A stretch of 64,000 bases of DNA from Acutalibacteraceae bacterium (lineage in GTDB: Bacteria > Bacillota > Clostridia > Oscillospirales > Acutalibacteraceae): assembly GCA_045540655.1 (NCBI GenBank), contig JAZQHP010000032.1, forward strand, positions 1,801 through 65,800, written 5' to 3'. A model generated the notes under the pieces. That model did not search any database. It was not told where the DNA came from and saw nothing but the letters and a program-made list of their open reading frames with translations. The translations under genes and the position numbers were made by a program. Position 1 is the stretch's first letter, and every line of letters starts with the position of its first letter. Positions 39,971 through 49,558 of the stretch are shown one piece after another.

Positions 39971-41632
39971 ATGAAACCAAAGCTTTTTGATGTCATGAAA
40001 GGCTATACCAAGGAGCAATTCTTTAAAGACCTGATTGCCGGTGTCATCGTTGCCATTATTGCACTGCCACTGTCAATCGCGCTTGCTATTGCTTCGGGCG
40101 TAGGACCGGAACGCGGTATTTACACAGCAGTCATCGCAGGCTTTCTGATCTCGTTTTTAGGCGGCAGTCGCGTACAGATTGCGGGACCGACAGCGGCGTT
40201 TGCCACCATTGTTGCCGGTATTGTCGCCAAAAACGGCATGGAAGGCTTGCTGATTGCCACCATCATCGCGGGGGTCATTTTGATACTCATGGGCGTGCTC
40301 AAGCTCGGTAATCTGATTAAATTTATTCCGTTCACCATTACCACGGGCTTCACCGCAGGTATCGCTGTCACCATCGTCTTCGGACAGCTTAAGGATTTAT
40401 TTGGTGCTACATATCCCGAAGGCATGCACACTGTGGAAACGATGGATAAATTGAAAGCGCTCTGGGCGGGAATCGACACCTTCGATTGGCGCTCATTCCT
40501 GCTTGGTGTCATTTGTCTGGCAATTCTGATCATTATGCCGCGCATTACTGATAAAATTCCCGGCTCACTCATCGCCGTCATTGTCGCTGTGTTGCTGGTG
40601 AAATTTGTGCCACCCTTTACGGATGTTGCAACAATCGGCGATCAATACGCCGATATTCCGGTGGGGTTGCCGAAATTAACCTTACCTGTTCTGGATGCAC
40701 AGTTGATCGGAGATTCACTGACAGACGGTGTCACCATCGCCGTTTTGGCCGCTATTGAATCGTTGCTGTCCTGTGTGGTGGCGGACGGTATGATCCATTC
40801 CAAGCACAATTCCAACATGGAACTCATCGCTCAAGGTGTCGGTAATATCGGATCGGTGCTTTTCGGCGGCATTCCTGCTACAGGCGCTATCGCGAGAACA
40901 GCGGCAAACGTTAAAAACGGCGGACGCACTCCGATTGCCGGTATGGTTCATGCGCTGGTGTTGTTGCTCGTGTTGCTGGTTTTAATGCCGTACGCCAAAT
41001 GGATTCCCATGCCGGCTATTGCCGCCATTCTGATTATGGTCGCTTATAATATGTGTCAGTGGCGGACCTTTGTCCATACCGTCAAAACAGCCCCTAAAAC
41101 AGACATTCTTGTGTTGTTTGTCACGTTTGTCCTGACCGTGGTATTCGATCTCGTGGTGGCCATCGAAGTGGGTATGCTGCTCGCCTGCGTGTTCTTTATG
41201 AAACGGATGAGCGATGAAACGGGAGTCAAGAGCTGGAAATATGTTCCCGAAAGCGAAGAAGCAGAACAAAAGGAATTGGAACAGCTGATGAATCTTACGG
41301 ATACAGTGCGTGTATACGAAATCACGGGACCGTTGTTCTTCGGCGCCGCCGGTCAGCTGGATCATATCGTTGTGAAAGATATGACAAAGGTACTGATTAT
41401 TCGTATGCGTAGCGTCCCGGCGTTGGATAGCACGGCGCTGAACGCACTCGAAGATCTGTATAACCGTTGTCAGAAGAGAGGGATCACCATGATTCTTTCT
41501 CATGTCAACGAACAGCCCTTGCACGCCATGCAAAAAGCAGGTTTTGACAAGAAGATAGGGGAGGAAAACTTCCGCCCGAATATCACAGCGGCCATCAACT
41601 GGGCAAAAGTATTGGTTAAAACGCAGCACTAA
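39971..41632 (+). CDS. SulP family inorganic anion transporter with a C-terminal STAS domain
   Basis: At least 10 TM helices, GVGNIGSVLFGGIPATGAIARTA, and STAS (VRVYEITGPLFFGAA...MRSVPALDSTALNALE). Confidence 0.88.
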   Translation: MKPKLFDVMKGYTKEQFFKDLIAGVIVAIIALPLSIALAIASGVGPERGIYTAVIAGFLISFLGGSRVQIAGPTAAFATIVAGIVAKNGMEGLLIATIIAGVILILMGVLKLGNLIKFIPFTITTGFTAGIAVTIVFGQLKDLFGATYPEGMHTVETMDKLKALWAGIDTFDWRSFLLGVICLAILIIMPRITDKIPGSLIAVIVAVLLVKFVPPFTDVATIGDQYADIPVGLPKLTLPVLDAQLIGDSLTDGVTIAVLAAIESLLSCVVADGMIHSKHNSNMELIAQGVGNIGSVLFGGIPATGAIARTAANVKNGGRTPIAGMVHALVLLLVLLVLMPYAKWIPMPAIAAILIMVAYNMCQWRTFVHTVKTAPKTDILVLFVTFVLTVVFDLVVAIEVGMLLACVFFMKRMSDETGVKSWKYVPESEEAEQKELEQLMNLTDTVRVYEITGPLFFGAAGQLDHIVVKDMTKVLIIRMRSVPALDSTALNALEDLYNRCQKRGITMILSHVNEQPLHAMQKAGFDKKIGEENFRPNITAAINWAKVLVKTQH

Positions 41633-41645
41633 CGAAATGAATCAC

Positions 41646-41692
41646 AAAAACCACCCTTGCTAAACATCGTTTGTTCAGGCAAGGGTGGTTTT
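41646..41692. terminator. Terminator after sulP; the only hairpin available for the convergent DUF1540 gene
   Basis: Stem CCACCCTTGC / GCAAGGGTGG with A5 upstream and T4 downstream. Confidence 0.75.
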
Positions 41693-41705
41693 GCTATGCC
41701 GCATC

Positions 41706-41719
41706 AACTATACAAAATA
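41706..41719 (+). repeat. 14-nt copy (AACTATACAAAATA) of the left arm of the 42282-42309 palindrome
   Basis: Exact 14/14 identity with 42281-42294. It lies immediately upstream of the -35 box at 41724. There is no matching second arm here. Confidence 0.8.
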
Positions 41720-41723
41720 TTTC

Positions 41724-41752
41724 TTGCAAAGTGCATGAAATTCTGCTACAAT
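41724..41752 (+). promoter_or_regulatory. Strong sigma-A-type promoter with no cognate ORF, reading antisense into the DUF1540 gene
   Basis: TTGCAA, 17-nt spacer, TGcTACAAT (extended -10). No RBS-linked ORF lies downstream until the recombinase gene about 570 nt away. Confidence 0.55.
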
Positions 41753-41816
41753 AGAGAAGACGGCTTGTGCGGTTACCAACCGTCAATCGATCACGAATAG
41801 ATTCCGATCGCGACGA

Positions 41817-42149
41817 TCAGCAATGTCCGCATTTTTTGGCGAACGTATGACATTCCGTATCGCAATGACGATACGCCGTAGCGTTACCGATTTTTACGGC
41901 TTTTGCATGGCAATCCCCGTGTTTGTTGTACTGACACATGGTCGCCGTACAACGGATACCGACACAATCGTCCGGGAAACGATATGCATCGGCTCTGTTG
42001 GTGGCAGAAGCAGAGCGTTCTTTAAAGGAGTCACAGCAGGTCTCACACGCAGAGGTGGCGCGTTCGCCGCCGATCTTCACATCGGGCAGGCAACAATGAT
42101 TATCGCTGTTGTGCTCGCAGTGAACAGCCGTGCATCGAAGCTTCGTCAT
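41817..42149 (-). CDS. DUF1540 domain protein (two Cys/His-rich repeats)
   Basis: Repeats LRCTAVHCEHNSDNHCCLPDVKIGG and IRCTATMCQYNKHGDCHAKAVKIGN. AAGGTG RBS precedes ATG 42149; TTG 42155 is an alternative start. Confidence 0.75.
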   Translation of the reverse strand: MTKLRCTAVHCEHNSDNHCCLPDVKIGGERATSACETCCDSFKERSASATNRADAYRFPDDCVGIRCTATMCQYNKHGDCHAKAVKIGNATAYRHCDTECHTFAKKCGHC

Positions 42150-42281
42150 AACCAATCAACACCTTATTTGCTTTTAAATTCGTATCCGAAGAAATGCAAA
42201 GCGTCAACGGATACTGCCTAAAGTATTCCCGAAAGGAACAGGGGATATACATTATTATTTAAGCAAAAAATTCTTATGTTA

Positions 42282-42309
42282 ACTATACAAAATAAATGTT
42301 TTGTATAGT
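42282..42309. repeat. Perfect 11-6-11 inverted repeat (candidate tyrosine-recombinase core site or operator)
   Basis: ACTATACAAAA-TAAATG-TTTTGTATAGT. The arms are exactly complementary. It ends 3 nt before RBS GAGGAGGAAG of the recombinase gene. Confidence 0.85.
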
Positions 42310-42328
42310 ATAGAGGAGGAAGAAAGCT

Positions 42329-43342
42329 GTGAATCAAGCCTATTTACGCGAAGCTCCCATGATTATCCGTGAATATTTGGGTTACACCGAAACCGTCAAA
42401 GGTCGTTCTTCCAAAACCGTTGACGAATATTACACAGACTTGCGGACGTTTTTTCGTTTTATGAAACGTCTGCGCGGCGTCGTTCCTGCTGATGTCGCAT
42501 TCGAATCCATTCCTATTGATGACATTGATCTGGCGTTTATTCGATCCATTACTTTAACCGATGTCTACGAATTTATGAATTACTTGCGTCAGGAACGTCA
42601 CAACAGCAATAAAACGCGTGCACGTAAAACAACCTCGCTTCGCATGTTTTTTCGCTATTTAACGGATAATACACATCAATTGGACACGAATCCGTTGCGA
42701 GCTGTGGATATTCCCAAAACCGCCAAAACACTGCCTCGATACCTGACATTGGATCAATCGAAACAATTGTTGGCAGCCGCAGCTTCCGGCGGTGATTTTG
42801 CCGCCAGAGATTATTGTATGTTGACGATTTTCCTGAATTGTGGTTTGCGACGCGCGGAACTCGCCGCGATCAATTTACAGGATATACGCCCGGATAATAC
42901 ACTCCGTATTAAAGGCAAAGGAAATAAACAACGAGTAGTTTATTTGAACGACGCCTGTCAGCAAGCACTTCAGGCGTATCTGGCTGTACGTCCGCGGGAC
43001 GGTGTTCAGGATCGCGAAGCCTTGTTTTTAAGCCGCCTGAAAAAGCGTATCAGCTTACAAGGCGTTCACTATGTGGTCAAGCGATATCTCGAGCAGGTCC
43101 CCGGTGCCGAGGATCTGTCAACGCATAAGCTACGCCACACCGCCGCTACAATGATGTATCAGCACGGTCATGTGGATATTCGTGTACTACAAGCACTGCT
43201 GGGACACGAGAATCTCGGTACGACCGAGATTTACACGCATTTGAACGATCAACAGATCCAGGACGCTGTCAACAGCAATCCGTTAAACGATGTCAAAACG
43301 CCGTCGTTTCATACCCATACAGATTCCTCTGATAATGCATAA
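42329..43342 (+). CDS. XerC/XerD-family tyrosine recombinase
   Basis: SAM-like core-binding domain (IREYLGYTETVKGRSSKTVDEYYTDLRTFFRF). Catalytic residues in GLRRAEL, HKLRHTAAT, LGHENLGTT and EIYTH. GTG start 6-7 nt after GAGGAGGAAG. Confidence 0.85.
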   Translation: MNQAYLREAPMIIREYLGYTETVKGRSSKTVDEYYTDLRTFFRFMKRLRGVVPADVAFESIPIDDIDLAFIRSITLTDVYEFMNYLRQERHNSNKTRARKTTSLRMFFRYLTDNTHQLDTNPLRAVDIPKTAKTLPRYLTLDQSKQLLAAAASGGDFAARDYCMLTIFLNCGLRRAELAAINLQDIRPDNTLRIKGKGNKQRVVYLNDACQQALQAYLAVRPRDGVQDREALFLSRLKKRISLQGVHYVVKRYLEQVPGAEDLSTHKLRHTAATMMYQHGHVDIRVLQALLGHENLGTTEIYTHLNDQQIQDAVNSNPLNDVKTPSFHTHTDSSDNA

Positions 43343-43343
43343 T

Positions 43344-43379
43344 AAAAATCGGTTGTGCCCGACAGCACAACCGATTTTT
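43344..43379. terminator. Bidirectional terminator at the convergence point (recombinase + / yesL-like -)
   Basis: Stem TCGGTTGTGC / GCACAACCGA with a 6-nt loop, A5 upstream and T5 downstream. Confidence 0.88.
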
Positions 43380-43392
43380 ATGTTATAAATTT

Positions 43393-44337
43393 TTAAATGG
43401 TATCGTCATCGCTTCCCCTTTGGCGACGGCGAAGCTGCTTCAAATCCCGCTCACTGTATTGTTTCGGGATGGTAGTGTCTTCGGATTCTACAGAAGAGGG
43501 CTCTTCCCGTCCTCTGTCCTTAAACACGACATCGCCCTCCTCCCCATCTTCTTCATCATCGAAGAGGTTCAACAGCTTCTTGTCCTTTTTGGCTTCGGGA
43601 TGCTCCTTATAATACGGATCGATCATATGCGTTTTGATGACAGGAAACACACAAAACTGAATAATCAGCGCACGAATCGCCGGGAAGAACAACACCGTAA
43701 ACACCAAAAACAGAATCGGAATCAGTGCTTCCTCAAAAATATATGCCACCGCAAACGGCAGTCCGAAGAAAAACGCATAGGTCAGCACCAACCCGACGGA
43801 AATGATAATATTCTCCTTAAGACCAACACTGGACAGCAACAAGCTGTTCTTGTACAGCGAGCGAAGATCGAGGTCAAACGTGACAAGCAGGAAATTGATG
43901 TAATACTTAATGAAAGTAAACACAATGAAAATGCAACCCGAAATGACCAGTCCCGCTTTATAGAACAGACCGGCATTCCACGCAGAATAATAAAATACCA
44001 TCGCAAAAATCAGCGCCGCTGTAATCAGCAGATTGATGATACCGACAGGCAATGCCTGTTTCCAATTCTTCTTAATCGTGCCGAAGAAGTCCGACGCTGT
44101 CATCACAGGCTTTTCGCGCGAAAAGTTTCTGGTGATATACGTCATACCGGCATCCGCCAGACCAACCGTCAATACCGGAAGACTGCACAGCCAGTACATC
44201 AGACTGATCGGAATAAATTTCCAGAATTTTTCAAAGAAAATGGAAAAGAACAACGCGAGACCTTTCTTTTTCGGCGCATGTTTATCCACACCGGGCCCCG
44301 CTTTGTTATAATCGAACATTTTTCCGAACAATCCCAT
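43393..44337 (-). CDS. YesL/DUF624 family membrane protein
   Basis: N-terminus MGLFGKMFDYNKAGPGVDK...KKGLALFFSIFFEKFWKFI, about 6 TM helices and an acidic C-terminal tail. Confidence 0.75.
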   Translation of the reverse strand: MGLFGKMFDYNKAGPGVDKHAPKKKGLALFFSIFFEKFWKFIPISLMYWLCSLPVLTVGLADAGMTYITRNFSREKPVMTASDFFGTIKKNWKQALPVGIINLLITAALIFAMVFYYSAWNAGLFYKAGLVISGCIFIVFTFIKYYINFLLVTFDLDLRSLYKNSLLLSSVGLKENIIISVGLVLTYAFFFGLPFAVAYIFEEALIPILFLVFTVLFFPAIRALIIQFCVFPVIKTHMIDPYYKEHPEAKKDKKLLNLFDDEEDGEEGDVVFKDRGREEPSSVESEDTTIPKQYSERDLKQLRRRQRGSDDDTI

Positions 44338-44353
44338 TTAGAATCGACCCCTT

Positions 44354-44974
44354 TTACTGTCCAAAGACTATTTTCATTCCTGTTTGTATCAACGCCGCTA
44401 TCAGCACAAAAACAATTCCTACAGGCAACCAGACAACGCTTTGCAAAAAGCATCGATGCCCGTGAATACCGCTGTTGCCGTATGACAGCACTCCTTTGGC
44501 GATGGCAGATGAGACATGCAGTGCTCGCTCGCCCATACCGACAACAGCCGTCATATACATAAGCGCGGGCAGACACGATAGCAGCATGGACATACCCCAG
44601 CCGTATTGTTGGTAGCATCCGCATTGATGCATACCGATCTGAAAGCCGGCAATCCATTCTGCCGCCACAATAATCGGCCAACCAAACGCACACTGTCCAG
44701 CCAAAAATAATATCGCTAAAATCACGAACCATAAGAAAGCCGTTGACAATATCGATTGTATGTTCAGGATGCCGCCGTTATCGACGCCGAAATGCAACGC
44801 TGTTCGCCATTCGGAAAAAGCTGTTGAAACGAATGCATCGTATGTAACCACACCGGTCACAATTCCGAGCCACAGCGCCATCATCAACGGTACACAGCCC
44901 ATATGTTGTCGCAAACCGTGCCCGGAACGCACTCGGAACAACCGATTGCGTCGACGATATATTCCGCGTTTCAT
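44354..44974 (-). CDS. Polytopic membrane protein, unknown function
   Basis: About 5 TM helices. AAGGGGAGAG RBS precedes ATG 44974. The size and topology recall SpoIIM-type proteins, but I cannot support that by motif. Confidence 0.55.
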   Translation of the reverse strand: MKRGIYRRRNRLFRVRSGHGLRQHMGCVPLMMALWLGIVTGVVTYDAFVSTAFSEWRTALHFGVDNGGILNIQSILSTAFLWFVILAILFLAGQCAFGWPIIVAAEWIAGFQIGMHQCGCYQQYGWGMSMLLSCLPALMYMTAVVGMGERALHVSSAIAKGVLSYGNSGIHGHRCFLQSVVWLPVGIVFVLIAALIQTGMKIVFGQ

Positions 44975-45104
44975 AAGCCGCTCTCCCCTTCGTCCGACGT
45001 ACCGTAGTATAACATATATGTCGGACACGTCGGAATTATGCGGACAGGCTTGACTACATCGGAAGGAAAACAGGGCGGATCCGTTGATCCGCCCTGCCAT
45101 CTGA

Positions 45105-45521
45105 TCAATGAGCTCGTCGCGTATTACGCTTGCGGGTATTGACAGCCATAATGCCGCCGAGCATTCCGCATGCGAGCATACACAAGCATTTCAAAAGCAT
45201 AAACGTCGCAGACACCGATCGGAAGATCCCGATGCCGGCAATCACGGAAACCAGGAATAATATCAGCGCCACCATCAGCCCGATCATCCATCCGTTTCGT
45301 CCGGCAACGGCCGCTCCCGTAAAGCCGCCGAACCAAGCCCCGAGCACCGCCGCCGCAACGCCGAGCGGCACCACATAAGCATGTGGAATACTCCACACAA
45401 CCGCCGCCCACGCCAACATAAGCAGTGCCAGCAGACAAGCGAGCGATCCTGCCACCGTTCCGTATAATAACGGCTTCACAATACCTTTCAGCAAGTGGGA
45501 TTCCTCGTTATGCTTTTTCAA
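45105..45521 (-). CDS. Small membrane protein (TIGR04086/YrzE-like)
   Basis: Four Gly/Ala-rich TM helices. TTG start follows AAAGGGTG. Its position downstream of yajC matches B. subtilis yrzE. Confidence 0.65.
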   Translation of the reverse strand: MKKHNEESHLLKGIVKPLLYGTVAGSLACLLALLMLAWAAVVWSIPHAYVVPLGVAAAVLGAWFGGFTGAAVAGRNGWMIGLMVALILFLVSVIAGIGIFRSVSATFMLLKCLCMLACGMLGGIMAVNTRKRNTRRAH

Positions 45522-45584
45522 CTGTTACACACCCTTTAATAAAAGTATGTTACAGACTATGCTTGTCACAACAATAATATGCGA

Positions 45585-45938
45585 TTAGATATCGTCATCA
45601 TCATCGTCGTCATCGTCCTGTGCTTCGTGCACAGTATCGCAGGACTGAATCGCCCATTTTTTAATGGTCATTTTGCTGCGATCCGCGCCGGTTTCGATCA
45701 CCAGCGAATCCTCTTTCACCTGCAGAACACGACCGCAAATGCCGCCGATGGTGGTGATTTCATCGCCAACACGCAGGTTGTTGCGCATTTGCGCTTCTTC
45801 CTTCTGACGCTTACGCTGGGGACGGATCATGACAAAATACATGACAACCAGCATCAGCACCAGAACGGCGATCGAAAGAATGTTGCCGCCGACCAATCCT
45901 TCGGTGGGAGCTGCAGTAGCTTCGCCAAAAACAAACAT
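45585..45938 (-). CDS. yajC: Preprotein translocase subunit YajC (with a poly-Asp C-terminus)
   Basis: MLVVMYFVMIRPQRKRQKE, then GDEITTIGGICGRV. AGGAGGT RBS. Ends ...QDDDDDDDDDI. Confidence 0.88.
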   Translation of the reverse strand: MFVFGEATAAPTEGLVGGNILSIAVLVLMLVVMYFVMIRPQRKRQKEEAQMRNNLRVGDEITTIGGICGRVLQVKEDSLVIETGADRSKMTIKKWAIQSCDTVHEAQDDDDDDDDDI

Positions 45939-46045
45939 AATGGTACCTCCTAAAAAAATATTTAATGGTATTATACCGAATTATTCGCGGAATAGCAAGC
46001 GAAAATCCGTATATTTCCAAAAATTCATATTCGATTCACAATCGG

Positions 46046-48236
<2,191 letters not shown>

Positions 48237-48295
48237 AAAAGCCCTGTCTTTCAATATGAATTTTCAATAATTACGCCGAAATTCATCAAATGTAT

Positions 48296-48324
48296 TTGAC
48301 AAGAAAATCACAAAATGATACAAT
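48296..48324 (+). promoter_or_regulatory. Sigma-A promoter for asd-dapA-dapB
   Basis: TTGACA, 17-nt spacer, TGaTACAAT (extended -10). Leaves a leader of about 100 nt. Confidence 0.65.
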
Positions 48325-48431
48325 GAATATATATGGCGTTTTAGTGTATACAGTATACCAGTTAAAGAGGCCATCTGTCAATATCGGTTGTACAAACAAC
48401 CGCGACTTTATCATGAAAGGATGCACGAATT

Positions 48432-49508
48432 ATGAAACAATTTAAAGTCGGTATCATCGGCGCGACCGGTATGGTCGGTCAACGCTTCGCCACCTTGCTT
48501 GCGGATCATCCGTGGTTCAACGTAACCACGTTAGCTGCCAGCGGTCGTTCCGCGGGCAAAACATATAAAGAGGCTGTCGGATCCCGTTGGGCGATGAAGA
48601 CGCCGATGCCCGCTTCTATGGAGAATATGATTATTCTGGATGCCGCTGACATTGCGGCGGTGACGGCGGATGTAGACTTTTGCTTCTGCGCGGTCAATAT
48701 GAAGAAGGATGAAATCAAGGCGCTTGAAGAAGCGTACGCGAAGGCGGAATGCCCCATTGTTTCCAATAACAGCGCGCATCGTTTTACTCCGGACGTCCCG
48801 ATGGTGATCCCGGAGCTCAATGCGGATCACATCGATATCATCCCCGCACAACGTCGTCGTCTCGGCACCAAGCGCGGTTTTATCGCTGTTAAGTCCAACT
48901 GCTCGCTCCAGAGCTATGTTCCCGCGCTTTATCCCCTGTCGAAATTCGGCATTGAAAAAGCGCTGGTTTGCACCTATCAGGCGATTTCGGGCGCCGGCAA
49001 AACGTTTGAAACCTGGCCCGAAATGGTGGACAACGTGATTCCGTACATCGGTGGCGAGGAAGAAAAATCCGAGCAAGAGCCGCTCAAAATCTGGGGTACC
49101 ATCGAAGACGATCAGATTGTCAATGCCACCTCCCCTGCGTTCACTGCGCAGTGCCTGCGCGTCCCCGTGTCCGACGGTCACTTCGCAGCCGTGTATTGCT
49201 CGTTCAAAAACAAGCCCTCGAAAGACGAGATCCTTGAAACCTGGAAATCGTTTGCAGGTCGTGCGCAGGAGCTCGATCTCCCCAGCGCTCCCAAGCAGTT
49301 CCTCCATTATTTTGAGGAAGACAATATGCCCCAGACGGCGCTCAATCGCAACCTTGAAAACGGCATGGCGATTTCGCTGGGTCGTTTGCGCGAAGATACG
49401 CAGTACGATTACAAATTTGTCGGTCTGTCCCACAACACCCTTCGCGGTGCCGCGGGCGGCGCAGTGCTTCTCGCCGAGCTTTTGTGCGCGGAAGGCTACA
49501 TGGATTGA
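48432..49508 (+). CDS. asd: Aspartate-semialdehyde dehydrogenase
   Basis: GATGMVGQRF NAD(P) fold, active-site region KSNCSLQ, ISGAG. Confidence 0.93.
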   Translation: MKQFKVGIIGATGMVGQRFATLLADHPWFNVTTLAASGRSAGKTYKEAVGSRWAMKTPMPASMENMIILDAADIAAVTADVDFCFCAVNMKKDEIKALEEAYAKAECPIVSNNSAHRFTPDVPMVIPELNADHIDIIPAQRRRLGTKRGFIAVKSNCSLQSYVPALYPLSKFGIEKALVCTYQAISGAGKTFETWPEMVDNVIPYIGGEEEKSEQEPLKIWGTIEDDQIVNATSPAFTAQCLRVPVSDGHFAAVYCSFKNKPSKDEILETWKSFAGRAQELDLPSAPKQFLHYFEEDNMPQTALNRNLENGMAISLGRLREDTQYDYKFVGLSHNTLRGAAGGAVLLAELLCAEGYMD

Positions 49509-49558
49509 TCTGCGTGCATATACTATTAGCAAAATCCTTCTGAGGAGGTCTTTGTGTT

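Noticed and set aside
42274-42284. TTATGTTAACT, a near-match to the canonical XerD-binding arm of dif (TTATGTTAAAT / TTATGTAAACT). It overlaps the left edge of the palindrome.
   Set aside because: Taking it as a XerD arm gives a central region AAATTC and a left arm ATTTAAGCAAA. Neither resembles known XerC arms or central regions, so a canonical XerCD dif cannot be built here. I keep it only as a note; it may be coincidence in AT-rich DNA.
44354-44974. Possible SpoIIM-type sporulation membrane protein.
   Set aside because: Only the size and a ~5-TM topology agree. I cannot point to a conserved motif by eye, so it is left as an unknown membrane protein.
48325-48431. A possible lysine (L-box) riboswitch or other leader element upstream of asd-dapA-dapB.
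   Set aside because: The leader is only about 100 nt, whereas an L-box needs about 180 nt with five helices. I could not find the conserved L-box core sequences. There is only a small hairpin (CGGTTGT-acaa-ACAACCG) with no U-tract. No L-box is visible in front of lysA either.
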